A stretch of 64,000 nucleotides of DNA from Amoebidium appalachense (lineage: Eukaryota > Protista > Ichthyosporea): the NCBI GenBank assembly GCA_963693365.1, contig CAVNZM010000010.1:5090060-5154059 (forward strand), written 5' to 3'. The position numbers and the translations under genes were made by a program. Below the pieces are notes generated by a model. It ran no database searches and had not been told where the DNA came from. It was given only the letters and a program-made list of their open reading frames with translations. Below are positions 20,821 to 43,207 of the stretch, piece by piece (position 1 is the first letter of the stretch; each line of letters begins with the position of its first letter).

Positions 20821-21901
20821 TCAACCGAGGCCTACCACTCCCCCGGACAAAATTTTATTAGGTTACTACCCCCACTTTCTAATGAATTTTCATTTTTCTC
20901 CCAAACTTTATGCGGTCAATCGTCCGGGATCTACGCAGGGTTTATAGTGCAAATTGAACTCCCTCCAGGATAGTATCTGCTACACTAGCTGGCAATGTGA
21001 ACACTTTAGACTTTTTGTTGAATTCTGTTGGTCGTCACATTGAGTATTTATATGATTTTCACAGTGTTCAGGTATCTCAGTATGCACTTGTTACTGGCTA
21101 ACTCGTGAAGTTTTTATTGTCTTCTCAGTATGCCGTGCATACTTGCATATCTTTCCGTCGAATAAATCCAGTCAAAAGAAAAAAAAAAACTTTCGGACAG
21201 TTCGGCATCAATTGATCGACTGGATCGATTATGGAATTTGGTCGATCTCGGTTTGTTGCGCACCCCCAATTTTTAACTTAAATCCATCCCCTAGGTTCCC
21301 TTAAACTCAAAAAATAACTCAAACAGGTGTTCTGGGGTGAGCCTAGTAGTATGGGGAGAATTATAAACAACTCCTTATATAGCGAACTGTTGTTACATTG
21401 ATTGGTGATTGTATTTGGTCATCAGCTGACTATGTAGTTGTCCATCAACAATGAATCCGCAGAAAAAATCTTAAACCATACCCTACTGTATATTACTGTA
21501 TATAGTATTTATCATGTTATCTCTGTACATCTATAAGTGCATATAACACAATCACTTGCCGAATTGTTTTGCTGAAATGACAGCCGGCTGCTTCACCTTA
21601 TTCTCCCACCTGTTCGCAGGAATCTGCCCGATGCAATGTGAACCAATCACAACGCACCAGCCCGGAAATTCTTCTAGCCCAAAAGTATAAACACGAGCAC
21701 CATCACCGTGCGCTTTCAGTTCCGCCCCAAAAATAAAAGCAGTGACACAGAAACACGCTATTCCACCCGCCTTTTTTTAAATTTGGACACCCTAGAAAGT
21801 CAAGTCAAGTAACAAAGTGAAACGACGTTCAACAGCTAGCTAGATTACCATAACTGATATAGCTGGTAGTCTGACGCGTTTCATCATTATCAAGACGAAA
21901 A

Positions 21902-22131
21902 ATGGCAACAGAGATTCACGGTGAGCATCGCTGCTTCTCCCCCCCCCCCCCCCCCCCCCCCCCTCCCCCCCCCCCCCCCCCCCCCCTCCCCCTTTCGCTT
22001 CTTTCCCGCGGCAACTTCACAGCCTTCCTCCCCCCAGTCCGCAAAAGCTTTACCCACCCGTTCAGGCCCTATGGTGCTCCGTGTCATACCTTGCTCTCCT
22101 CCTCCTTACACCTACACCTACATGCACATTC

Positions 22132-22177
<46 letters not shown>

Positions 22178-22183
22178 TCACAA

Positions 22184-22214
<31 letters not shown>

Positions 22215-22251
22215 TACATAAAAGCACACACACACACACGCACACTCACAA

Positions 22252-22282
<31 letters not shown>

Positions 22283-22593
22283 TACATAAAAGCACGTCCG
22301 AACTCAAACAAGCACGAAACGACCCCTTCCTCCCCCCCCCCCCCCCCCACCCACCCACCCACCCATGCATCCACCCACCACGCACACACACGTACACACA
22401 CGCGCGCTCACAGGAAAAGCGGCAGAGAGAAACACACACACAGGCACACACATGCTGCCACCTGCAGGAACACATATACCTGCCCACATACATGGCTAGC
22501 AAACGAGTCTTTTTTGACTGCTTTGACCTCCTGAACCCTCCTTTCCCCCCCTCCCACATCCCCGCATGTTCCTTCACCCCCTCCATCCAGCCC

Positions 22594-22628
<35 letters not shown>

Positions 22629-23257
22629 TTCTTCCTCTTTCATCTCAATGGTTTATGGTCTCCTTTGTTCCTTCCTCCCTCTCCGTCCTCTCGCTGTAGT
22701 GTTTCTAGGAAAGAGTGAGAAGAGGCGGCGCGGGGGGCAGCGGGTGGTGGTGGTGGGGGGAGGGGGGGGGGGGGGGGAGGGGGGGGGAAGAGAGGGGGGG
22801 GGGGGGTGAGGGGTAGGTAGGTGGAAGAGAGGGCCGAGGGGACTTGTTGGGGGGTGGGGGGGCGAGAGAGGGGGTGGGGGTGGGGTTGGGGGGTTGGGGG
22901 GGGGGGGGGGGGGGCACGGGAGGAGGGGAGGGATAGGATCTACTGTACTTGAGACGTCGGAACGTAACTAGTCAGTGCTAGTGAGAGGAGAGGCAACACA
23001 TTGGTTAAGTTCGAGCCTTACCCTAGCTCATCTTACTTCTGTTGGCAACAAAATTAATGGCAACAGAAAATGGATGATATAAGTCTATATGTGCTTTTAC
23101 CTTTACTGCAGTCGTGGGTGACTGCTTTGTGGATATCCTTGTGGGGCCTATGGAGAGGCTGCCAACGTGGGGCACAGACACCATCTGTGAGAGTGTGAAG
23201 AGAATGGCCGGGGGTAGTGCACTGAACGTTGCGGTGCACCTGGCTTCACTGATCAGC

Positions 23258-23348
<91 letters not shown>

Positions 23349-23517
23349 GGGGGGGAGCAGACGGGGGGAAGGCGGGGGAGGTTGGGGAGGATGGGGGTGA
23401 GGAAGGGGGGGGGAGGGGGGAGGGAGGGGAGAGGGGGAGGAGGGGGGGGGGGGGGAAGGAAGGGGGGAGGAGGTGGGTGTTGGGTAGGTGGGTGGAGGGA
23501 GGGGGGCAGGCGGGCTT

Positions 23518-23596
<79 letters not shown>

Positions 23597-23770
23597 GGGG
23601 GGGGAGCAGAGGGGGGGAGGCGGGGGAGGGGTGAGGAAGGGGGGGGGAAGGGGGGAGGGAGGAGGTGGGTGTTGGGTAGGTGGGTGGAGGGAGGGGGACA
23701 GGCGGGCTTGGGTGGGTGTGTGTGGGGGGGGGGGGGGGGGGGAGGGGGGGGAGGGGAGGGGGGGGAGGGG

Positions 23771-23807
<37 letters not shown>

Positions 23808-23915
23808 GTGTGTGTGGGTGTTGGTGGGTGGGTGGGTGGGTGTGTATTTGAAAGGGGGGGGGGAGGGAGGGGATGTGTGGTGAGGAGGAAAGCAAAGGGC
23901 CGGTAGGGTAGGGGA

Positions 23916-23969
<54 letters not shown>

Positions 23970-24656
23970 TGGTGGTGGTGGTGGTTGGAGGTGGGGGGAG
24001 TTGGGGGCAGAGAGGGAAGAGGAGGAAAGCACCTGGGAAGGGGGGGGGGAGGGGGGGGGGGGGGCTACAACAGTGCCAAAATCTGTCCTTGGATTTGGGG
24101 TAATCAGGAGATAAACTGGAGACTTCGGAGTTTCTGTGTAGTGTGAATGGGCCCCCCCGGGGGGAGGGGGGGGGAGGTAGGGGGTGGGGGGGGGGGGGGG
24201 GGGGGGGGGGGGAGAGAGATAATGAGGCCACGAACTTGGGGATTAGGGCCGATGCTGAGAGAGAGGACTCTGTGTTTGTTCATGAACTCGTGTTCTAGGA
24301 ACCACCTTTGGAACAAATTCAGGCGTCAAAGTCCGACCAATAATCTAACAGCAATCATGGTGTGTATGTTCCAGTGCACAGCAGCAGGGGTTAGCACAAA
24401 ATACCTCCGTCACATTCCATTCCATCGTCGGGGCCGACGATTTCGGCGAGTTTTCGCGTCAGCGCGTTGACAGGGTACCAGGGTTGAGAAATTCTATGGT
24501 CACATCAGAGAGATGGGGCACCGGAGTGTGTGTGATTCTCTCTAGCAAGGATGACAGGGCTTTTATAACCCAGCCTGGGGCGGTTAGTCGGTTTACTTCT
24601 GCCGATCTTCCTGAATTGGCAACCCTACCCAGACCTGTAAGTTTGCCTTTGGCATC

Positions 24657-24701
<45 letters not shown>

Positions 24702-24916
24702 CCCCGCCCGCCCGCCCGCCCACCACCACCACCCACCCACCCACCCCCACCCCCACAACCGCCATCACATTCGCCACCGCTGTCGTATGTTTGTCTAAAC
24801 AATTGATCACCCCTTCCCCTCTCTCTTTCCACCATCCCCTCCCACCCCTCTTCCCCTCTCTCCACCACCACCACAACCACAACCACAACCACAACCACCG
24901 CCGCCACAACCACTCC

Positions 24917-24958
<42 letters not shown>

Positions 24959-24972
24959 CTCACACACGCGCG

Positions 24973-25014
<42 letters not shown>

Positions 25015-25445
25015 ACACATACATCGTCTTCCTTAACTGAAATACTAGCACCATCTTCCTCACAAAACTTTACAGAAAGCAAGAAAAACAGCAACAGAAG
25101 CCTATTATAGGTGTAGACAAAAAGCACAACTACCCCTTTTGCATGAGTGATAAGATTAACCAATAGGCTATAGGTTTCATTAATTATGCCCATTATCCAG
25201 GCATGCGCTAGTTAGATCTCTGACACGAAGATTTCCTTTTTAGCTCTTTTTTGACACGCTTTTGTTTCTTTTGTAAGTCTCTGACCCCAATATTTCTTTT
25301 TAGGGCGTGACACGGACCCACATCCACCTTGCAGGGTACTTTTCAACAAACGAATTCCAAAAGGATTACCCGGCCATGATTCAAGGCATCAGGCAGAGGT
25401 GTGTGTTTTTGTGTGTGTGTCCGTGTGTGTGTGTGCGTGTGTGGG

Positions 25446-25476
<31 letters not shown>

Positions 25477-26425
25477 AGGGAGGGAAGGTGTGGTGGTGGT
25501 GCTGGGGAGGGGGGAGGGGGGAGCTGCCTGCAAGTTCATGCTTGCCTTCTTGTGTTTCTCGGCTCCCCGCTTTTCTTTTCCCCTCGTTTTTCTTTTTCTC
25601 CAACTGAACCTTTGCAAACCTAGCTTTCAGCCAACTAATGATGTTCAGCCGGTCCCCCCACCCTTCCTGCTGCCCTATGGCAATGCCAGTTTTTTAGGCG
25701 GTTTGCACAAAACAGGAAACTCAGTTTGAGCAGGCTGCGACAGCATTGTGAAATGAAAAGAGATATGTTGCCCACCCCCCCCCCCCCCCCCCCCCCCCCT
25801 TCCCTCCCCCCCCCCCCCCCCCCCCCCCCTCCCCTCTTTCCCGCTGGCCCCTCGTCTTTCCCTTACCTTACGTCCATACCCGTCCTCCCCCCTCCCTCCT
25901 CCCCCACCCCTCACTTTCGTCCCCCCTTCTCCCCTAACAAAAAATAAACAAATATTAAATATAAATATGTATAAAATAGGGCATCTGAGCAGGGCAGCAT
26001 AGTGACGTTTAGTTTCGACACCAATTATGATGCCAGCGAGAGTTGGGTGAGCGCCCTGGACATCCTGCCCCTTATCGACGTGTTTTTGCCAAATGAGGTA
26101 AGAAACTTTGTGTTATGATTGGTCCGAACGGTTTTGTGGGGCTTTTTCTGGTTATTTTGCCATTAGCATACACACAGGAAAGGGCGCGGATTTTGCCGTA
26201 GTGCCATAGGGGGTGTTTCATGTTTTTGGTTTTGTGTGGCTGCCAGATTCGGGGTGGGTTGAAAGATTTGATATGTTCAATCTTTGTGTTTGCACTTTCA
26301 AACTCTCCCCTTTTACCCCCCCCACCCCCCCCCTCCCCGCCCCACCCCCCCTCCACCCCACGCCTCCCCCTCCCGCCCTCCCACACCCACCCACAAAAAC
26401 ACATACCCCTTTCGCTTCCCTTCCC

Positions 26426-26472
<47 letters not shown>

Positions 26473-27175
26473 ACACACACACGGACACACACAACACACA
26501 TACCACCCCACCCAATCCTCACCCGACACCACCATCATCACCACCGCCGCTATCCTCCCATACCCTCCATTGTGAATCTTTATGTTTTAAACTGTCTAAA
26601 TGATTCTAACAAAGAGAAAGAAACAAGACAAAAGTGAAGGGGGGGGGGGGAAGGGGGTAAAATCGTGTTCATTTTCCCGGCCACTTTTCCGTTGCTTCAT
26701 TTCTAACCATTTGCCCCGTCCTCCCCCCTCCCCCCCCCCCCCCCCCCCCCTCCCTCCCTCCCTCCCTCTCCCCCCCCCCCCCCCCCTCCTACCTCCCTCC
26801 CTCTTTCCCCTCCCCCCCCCCCCCCCCCCTCCCCCCTCCAGACGGAAGCAGAGCTGATCGGTGGTGTTAAAGGCTTCGAGGAGTCAGCTTTAAAACTAGC
26901 CACATACGTTAAAGACTCCGCCGTTGTAACGTGCGGTTCGCGAGGGGCGGTAGTTGCCAAAAATGGTAATGAGGGAGTGTCGTGGGTCAGCGCCGTGCCC
27001 GGTGTGCAACCAGTCGATAGTACGGGGGCTGGGGATGCTTTTGCGGCCGGATTTTTGGCACAGTGGGTGGGTGGGGTGATGGATGAGGTACCGACCATTG
27101 AAAATGCTACAAGGTGTGTATGTGTCCGTGTGTTGTGTGTACGTGTGGGTGTTTGCATGTGTGGGGTGTGGGCGT

Positions 27176-27212
<37 letters not shown>

Positions 27213-27219
27213 GGGGGTC

Positions 27220-27275
<56 letters not shown>

Positions 27276-27623
27276 TGTGTGCTTCGTGTGAACATGGTGT
27301 GGCCTTGAGACGTGTACATGTATGTCTTTTCCCTTTTCTTTTGGTGTGAGTGTGGGCGGAAGGAGGGGGGGGGTGGGGGGGGGAGGAGGGGGGGGGGGGG
27401 GGGGGGGGGGTGGGGAGGGGGGAGGGAATGTGGGTGGATGTGGGTGAGTAGGCCAATGATTGGCTGTTCATGTGTGTGTGGTTGTGAGGTTGTATAAGAG
27501 CGTGTGTAAGTGGGTGTGGGCGGCACTGTACATAACTACACGTATATGTGTGCGCGGTGGACGTATGAATATGTGGAAATGCTGAGTTTTATTTTTACGT
27601 CTGAGGTTTAATGGGGGGAGGGA

Positions 27624-27662
<39 letters not shown>

Positions 27663-27897
27663 GAAGATCGATGTGGGCATGTGAACATTTAAATCCAATT
27701 TTTGTTCAAGAATATGATAACAACCTCCAATTCAAATAGGCTAACAACCCCCCCCCCCCCCCCCAACACACACACACACACACAAACGCAGGTACGGCAA
27801 CCAGGTTGCTGCGCTGGTGACTACGATATTTGGCGCCAACACCGAACTGGCAACAGTCGACAGAATCAACCAGTTTTTGGCTGGCCAAATGAGCTAA
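21902..27897 (+). CDS. PfkB/ribokinase-family carbohydrate kinase, 7 exons
   Basis: MATEIH|VVGDCFVDILVGP...AGGSALNVAVHLA (signature 1)|HSIVGADDFG...TGVCVILSSKDDRAFITQPG|THIHLAGYF|SFDTNYD...DVFLPNE|TEAE...VVTCGSRGA...VDSTGAGDAFAAGFL (signature 2)|YGNQVAA..QMS*. Splice phases are consistent. Substrate not determinable. Confidence 0.9.
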
Positions 27898-28634
27898 TAT
27901 CGTGATATATTTACTATTGTTACTAACTTCATAATCAAGCCGTGAAGATATTTATTGTTACATGGCAGAAAGAAAGTGTTAAGCTTTGATGCGGTGTAAG
28001 GAATTTGGGCTAAAGACGGGAAATGAAAGAGATCAGTGAAAGGAGGTTTTGCATTTCAAGTTCATGCATGGAATGTGCGCACATGTTTGTTTGGGGGAGG
28101 CCTGGGGGAGGGGGGAGGGGGGGGGGATAACTTGGGTGGTAGATAGATTTACCGATGAAGGGGAGAATTCACGACCCAATGTCTGCGGGCCAGACATAGG
28201 GCAAAAATGAACAGAGAATGAACAGAGACTGGTTCGAGAGGTGTTGTAGCATATTGAAGAAATATGCATTAAAGCAACGAAAGAGAAGGTTTTTAACCGT
28301 TTTGGTTGTGTATCTGGAGGCCACGAAATTCGTAGTGGCTTTCATGTATTTTTGCGCTAATCAGGGGGGATCCGTGGATTATATTAAATGCTAAGGGAGC
28401 TACGTATACATAGGTATATAACAATGAGAATTCTAGTTTTTTCGATCGATCCATTGCCATTGTATTAAAATTGAAATAATAAAGCGCTTCTAGGTCAATG
28501 CCGACTTTAAATTTTCGCAGCATGATGCATGCCAGGCGATGACGTCAGTGTGTCAATATAGCGTCAGTATGCGTGACGTGTGTCACAATAGTGACCTCTA
28601 TATGTTACCCACATGTTGTCGAGCACATTCGAAG

Positions 28635-28678
<44 letters not shown>

Positions 28679-29568
28679 CGCCCGCCTGCCTGCCCGCCCG
28701 TCCCCGACACACATGTGTACACACGACGATGTACGCATACACGTATGTACCATCACACAACATCCAGTTGAGTCTGAACACAAACACACACACGCGCACG
28801 TGCGCGCAAACGCACGCATGCACACACTCACGCACACACACACACAAAAAAAACACAGCACCATACCGTATAGTGTGTGCGAATATAGCCAAGCACACAT
28901 ATCACGGTCACAGTTTATCTCGATGATATTATTGGTGGAGCTAAAACCAAATGGGCACCACAGGCACCGACCGTTCACCTTTCAAGGCTACCCCATACAA
29001 AATTCCGAATTTACAGCCTATATATCCAAACATAACCATTTACAAGGCTCTGGGGACTATGGTTTTCACACCCGGACGCAATCTATGATAATAGCTCGTG
29101 AGATGTATATCCCTTATACCAGTCCAGCCTGCATGTGTGTGTGTGTGTGTGTGCTTTTCGCGTACATGTGTGTTTGTGCCTGACCATAATATGCGCATCG
29201 CTTGTACGGAAAAAAATAAGCATACGGGCTTTACACATAGTATAAACCCATCCAACTCTCAGCCACAAACAGCAACACTAAATATTAGGAAATGGACCCC
29301 AACTGCCTGACCATTGAATTCCTCTGCCCAGACGATGTAATGAGCCACGATCCCCTGTTGTATATTTCTAAAAAACGGAGTACTTATTACTTATTAGATA
29401 TATTGCAACTGTAAATCAGTAATGCAGGAAGACCCCCTCTCACATCTAAGATAAAAGCACTTTGTGTACAAGTCTTTCCGAGAATCCCCTCCCCCCCCCC
29501 CCCCCCCCCCGCCCCCCAAGACCATGAAGGACATATAACCCAGTCTACACGAAACACCACAACACCAC

Positions 29569-29604
<36 letters not shown>

Positions 29605-29721
29605 TTTCACCCACGCACAAATCCCCTCACACCCACCAACTCTGCCAACATCACCGTACACACATGAACATAACCCCCCCCCCCCCCCCCCGCGCAAAAA
29701 GCCCCCACCACACATCCAAAT

Positions 29722-36875
<7,154 letters not shown>

Positions 36876-37004
36876 TTTTAAAAGATAGGTGCATGTGCAG
36901 TAGAAAATAGTACCAGGCGACGGGAGATTATTCACCTATGTGTAGAACTATTGGGGTCGGATGGGTGGCTACTAAAACCTTGATAAGTCTGTGTGTGATG
37001 TGTT

Positions 37005-37277
37005 TGTGTTTGTGTGTGTGTAAGGTGGATGGAAATGGGAGCAAAGTTAAAACCCTCTACCAGTCCGTGGCTCAGCTTGCACTGCCAAATATAGGCACTA
37101 TTGAAATAAAAGCTTGTTTAAGTAAACCATGCAAGAAAACTTGTGTTTGTGTGTGTGTAAGGTGGATGGAAATGGGAACAAAGTTAAAACCCTCTACCAG
37201 TCCGTGGCTCAGCTTGCACTGCCAAATATAGGCACTAATGAAATAAAAGCTTGTTTAAGTAAACCATGCAAGAAAAC
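37005..37277. repeat. Tandem duplication with 137-bp period upstream of the CHAF1B ATG
   Basis: TAAGGTGGATGGAAATGGGA...CCATGCAAGAAAAC at 37021 and 37158; 2 substitutions seen. Confidence 0.9.
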
Positions 37278-37379
37278 ACGTATACGTGAGTTCTGGCCCT
37301 TTCCAAACTTTTTTCACAGTGCCGGACGTCTGTGTTTTTGATTTCTGGCCGGCTGCGGAGCTTGAATCTGTGGGGCGGC

Positions 37380-37530
37380 TTTTAGCGACATCCCGCCAAA
37401 ACCACACATCCAATAGGAAAATTTTATATCCGCCTCCTACACCAATGAAATAAACGTTAAATACTGTATTGTTTACTATTGGGTTTTAGTCAGCTCGCGC
37501 GTAAAGCCACTTCTGCGGTTATGTTGGCGC
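37380..37530. promoter_or_regulatory. Putative bidirectional promoter (CHAF1B / SETD9-like) with E2F-like site and CCAAT boxes
   Basis: TCCCGCCAAAA at 37391-37401 (TTTTGGCGGGA on -), CCAAT at 37410 and 37442, between divergent genes, free of microsatellites. Confidence 0.5.
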
Positions 37531-37680
37531 ACCACTTGAAAACGTGCCCCGCCGTCGTTTTTCAGTTCTTCCTCACCTGGACCACCCCGCACCTTGCTCC
37601 CGTAGTACATACGTATACATAAACATGACATTTCTGATGTACACTACACTAAGCGAGAAAACCGTAAAACAGATATCACT

Positions 37681-38670
37681 ATGGCGGCCATTCCTTTCAG
37701 TTCGTTTTTTCGCAGCAACTTAAAGGGAAACACACTCCTAAGGATCATTACAGCAGCTGCTGAAAGCGGGGAGCTTACACGCACACTACCACACACCCCT
37801 CTAACACTCGCAGACATACACACAAGTACGAATTTGTTACTATCTCCTCTTGCCCCCTTAGCATGGCTTCGTGGGGATACAAGAAAGATAAGAGAGACCA
37901 TGAACTTATATGCAAACATGCAAGCAATACGGCTTCTACAAGCAGCAACACAAACAACTACCCCAAGCTTTACCATAACACGCAGGCCATCTATTATCCC
38001 AGGGGCAGGGGATGGGGTTTTCATCGCTTCTGGAAAAGTAACCAAAGGCGCCGCTGTAGTTCTATATGCTGGAACGGCTACTATACCTCCACCTTCAGAT
38101 GTTGATTACCTCCCTGTTTCGGCGAGAATGGATGACTTGGAAGCGGCGAAAAGCGCTACAGATGAGGCGGATCAGACACCAAAAGCAATCGGAAAGGGAA
38201 GCGATAAGATACTCGTACGCTTGGACGGGGTTCACCTTGATGGAATGCCGTGGGAGATTGAAAGGGAAGGAAAGATAGCTGGAAATGAGCACGTTAGCAA
38301 TTGCGTTGACCTGAGAGAACACGGGTACCCTCTCTTATCACAGGTGCAGAATTCATTTGCATTAGGACACCTGGTAAACCACCCACCCAAGGGATATAAA
38401 ACCAATGTAGAATGTTGGCCCATAGATCTAGAACTAACATCTCTCGACAGGAATCTAAGAAAAGCAGTGCCATACGCCATGAACAGATACTGGTACACAT
38501 GCGCGCTTTCGCTCGAAACCATCTCAGTACCCCCCGAGATACCCTTGAGTAGGATGCCTGGTATGGCAATGTTTGCATTAGAGGATTTGGAGGAGGGGCA
38601 AGAGCTGTTTTTTGACTACCGACTAGACCCAAAAACTGCCCCTGAATGGTACACACCCTACAAGGAATAG
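37681..38670 (+). CDS. SET-domain protein, SETD9-like; single-exon ORF (329 aa)
   Basis: SIIPGAGDGVF...GKVTKGAAVVLYAGT, RLDGVHLDG, NSFALGHLVNHPP...NV, ALEDLEEGQELFFDY..PEWY (SET motifs GxG, NH, ELxxDY). Confidence 0.85.
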   Translation: MAAIPFSSFFRSNLKGNTLLRIITAAAESGELTRTLPHTPLTLADIHTSTNLLLSPLAPLAWLRGDTRKIRETMNLYANMQAIRLLQAATQTTTPSFTITRRPSIIPGAGDGVFIASGKVTKGAAVVLYAGTATIPPPSDVDYLPVSARMDDLEAAKSATDEADQTPKAIGKGSDKILVRLDGVHLDGMPWEIEREGKIAGNEHVSNCVDLREHGYPLLSQVQNSFALGHLVNHPPKGYKTNVECWPIDLELTSLDRNLRKAVPYAMNRYWYTCALSLETISVPPEIPLSRMPGMAMFALEDLEEGQELFFDYRLDPKTAPEWYTPYKE

Positions 38671-38736
38671 TAGTTTAAAGGTTGGAAAATGGAAGGACAG
38701 GGGACAGCCCGGGGGATGGGTGGAGGAGGGGGGGGT

Positions 38737-38773
<37 letters not shown>

Positions 38774-39493
38774 GGGGTGGGGGTAATGCAACATGATCCC
38801 TGTAGAAGATAAATGCTGGGTTGGCATATTCTTGGTATGAATAGTAATGATTAATGCTCTCGGCAAAGCAGCTGGCCTGCAGACAGAAAAGTGATGCGGT
38901 TGTGGATCCTCTCCATGCAAATGACCGGCCAAGTGTATCCTGTGGCATTTGCTCCTGTAGGCCGGGTGGTTTGCCACTGGGGTTGAACTGGATGCTTTAT
39001 GTTGTAGTTTGTGTTTGTGATGCGTGCGAACATATGTGGGTGTGGATGTTTCTGTTTCTGTGTGTGTGTGCTCGAGCGCCTAGGTATCATATTGGCTAGC
39101 CATTTGTGCGGTAGCAAAATCAAAGGCGTGTATATCGTAACGTAGGTAATTTCAGCCTTTCGGAAACTACATAGAGAGAACATGTACACGTTTGTGTCTG
39201 CTAATTGTGCTGTGTTGCACAAGTGTGCTTGCTTGGGTTCATGCCGGCTATGTTTAGAGGCGGGATAGGGCTGGTGTGAGCCCGTGTTCATGTACATATT
39301 TGCCATGGGAAGGGCTTGTGTGCGTCCGTGTGTGCGTGTCTCTTTCACTTTCTCAGTGTGTTTGTTTTGGCTTGGTGTGTGAGTGTGTCCTTGTTTGTGT
39401 TTTTCCGTGTGTAATATGCGGTGCTGTGTGTGTGTGTGTGTGCTGGCGAGGATCCGGAGGAGGCGGAGGGGGAGTGGGGGAAGGGGGTGGGGT

Positions 39494-39526
<33 letters not shown>

Positions 39527-40190
39527 GTTCGGAAATACTCTTGATCAAACCTTAGTCTAGAGGCCAAAAACAGTTGTTTTGGGGTGCTTATATATAGAAA
39601 ACCAACAATCAATCGTAGCAGTGCACACATGTGTAACCCTGCATAGTTTACGAGCTAATGATACAGTAGGTAATATTGAATCCATTCATCTACAGTGAAA
39701 ACGGTTACCACTTGGGTCAGAAAAATTCAGTAAAAGGCCGAAGCAGACTTGCACAACCAAAGTCACTATAACGTTAACTATATTAGTTGCTGAACCAATC
39801 CATGTCATTATTAGGGTTTAATGCGTTTCAATGATTGGGCAAAATCCACGACAAGGGAGCTCGAGAGAAGCTTGAGAATGTACGCGAGGATTGGGGTGTG
39901 TTTGTGTGTGCGCGCGCGCGTGTGTGCCCGTGTGCCTGTGTGCCTGTGTGCCTGTGGGTGGGTAGGTTGTGTGGATGTGGGTGTATGCATGTAACGTAGC
40001 TTCTCCCAGGCCAATTACCTGACATTATTATCCCACTTCGGGGGGAAAAGAAAAGATGAATAAGAAGAATCAAAAATGGGCGCTTTCCCGGTATACCCCT
40101 TTGGCATTCGCTCTGTCCGTTGATGTCCAATCCAATTACCGACTGCCAGTCGAAGCACACTTGATTATTTCACTGTCGGGGAGGAAGGGG

Positions 40191-40259
<69 letters not shown>

Positions 40260-40476
40260 TTGAAGGGGAAGGGAGGGGGGGGGGGGGGGGGGGTTAGAAG
40301 AAGGGATTAGTGTGCCTTAGGCAGACGGGCAGCCCAACTGTGCTCAGGCGAGGTAGGAGGTCTGCGACAGAGGGAGGGCAAGGGCGGAAGGGAGACGGGG
40401 AGGGGGGGGGGAGGGAGGCGGGAAAAGGGGGGGGGGGGGAGGGGGAAGGGGGGGGTGGCTGGGTGGGTGATTGGTT

Positions 40477-40513
<37 letters not shown>

Positions 40514-40599
40514 AGGAGGGGAAGCATAATGCAGTGTGTATACAGGTGCATGCAGAAAGGAAAGCATTGCGGTGAACCTGGTGCAAGTGCGCCGAAAAA

Positions 40600-40636
<37 letters not shown>

Positions 40637-40752
40637 GGGGGGGGGGGGACTCTCCAAAACACCGAGGCACAAAATGTGGTGAGTACAGTGGTGGTTGTGG
40701 TGTGGCTAGGTGGGTGAATAGGTGGCCATGGGCAGAGGAGCGGGAGGAGGAA

Positions 40753-40794
<42 letters not shown>

Positions 40795-41190
40795 TGGCAG
40801 GGTTGTAGGTAGACCCGTAACGTGAGTGAGCTGAAATTTGAGTGTGGGAAGGGGGGGAGGGGGAGCGGTGGGGGGAGGGGGGAAAGAGAGGGTGGGAGGG
40901 GGAGAGGGGGGGGGGGGGGGGGTTAGTTTGCCCTGGGTGAGGTACTTGTGTCTTCTGCCTGCCCAACTGCTTTATCCAATATTGACAGGGAAAGGAGATG
41001 AAGATCGTTTCCGGAGGGAGAGGTGGGTATGGAGAGGGCAAAGGAAAGGCAGGTATGGGACAAAGGGGATGAGAGGGAGAGAGACGGGGGGTACGGGGGG
41101 CAGGGGGGGCAGAAGAAGGAAAAACTAAATAGACAGGGGCGGGAGGGGGGGGGGGCGCGGGGGGGAGATATAGGACAGACGAGCGAGGAG

Positions 41191-41221
<31 letters not shown>

Positions 41222-41230
41222 GACACATAC

Positions 41231-43207
<1,977 letters not shown>

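Larger units (their letters stand above)
13068..21293. mobile_element. hAT-like non-autonomous DNA transposon (~1.6 kb of own sequence) carrying two nested LTR elements
   Basis: TIRs TAGGGGATGG (13068) and CCATCCCCTA (ends 21293) resemble the Ac-type TAGGGATG. Subterminal imperfect inverted repeats: AAAGTGGGGG at ~13251 with CCCCCACTTT at ~20869, and ATCGA.CAAATTCCA with TGGAATTTG.TCGAT. The 8-bp flanks ATATCCCT and GGTTCCCT match at only 5/8. Confidence 0.6.

Noticed and set aside
28270-28640. Possible TTAA-bounded MITE or sixth copy of the intronic repeat
   Set aside because: The inverted match is limited to TTAAAG/CTTTAA, and the similarity to the repeat is only a CATTC-plus-poly-C end.
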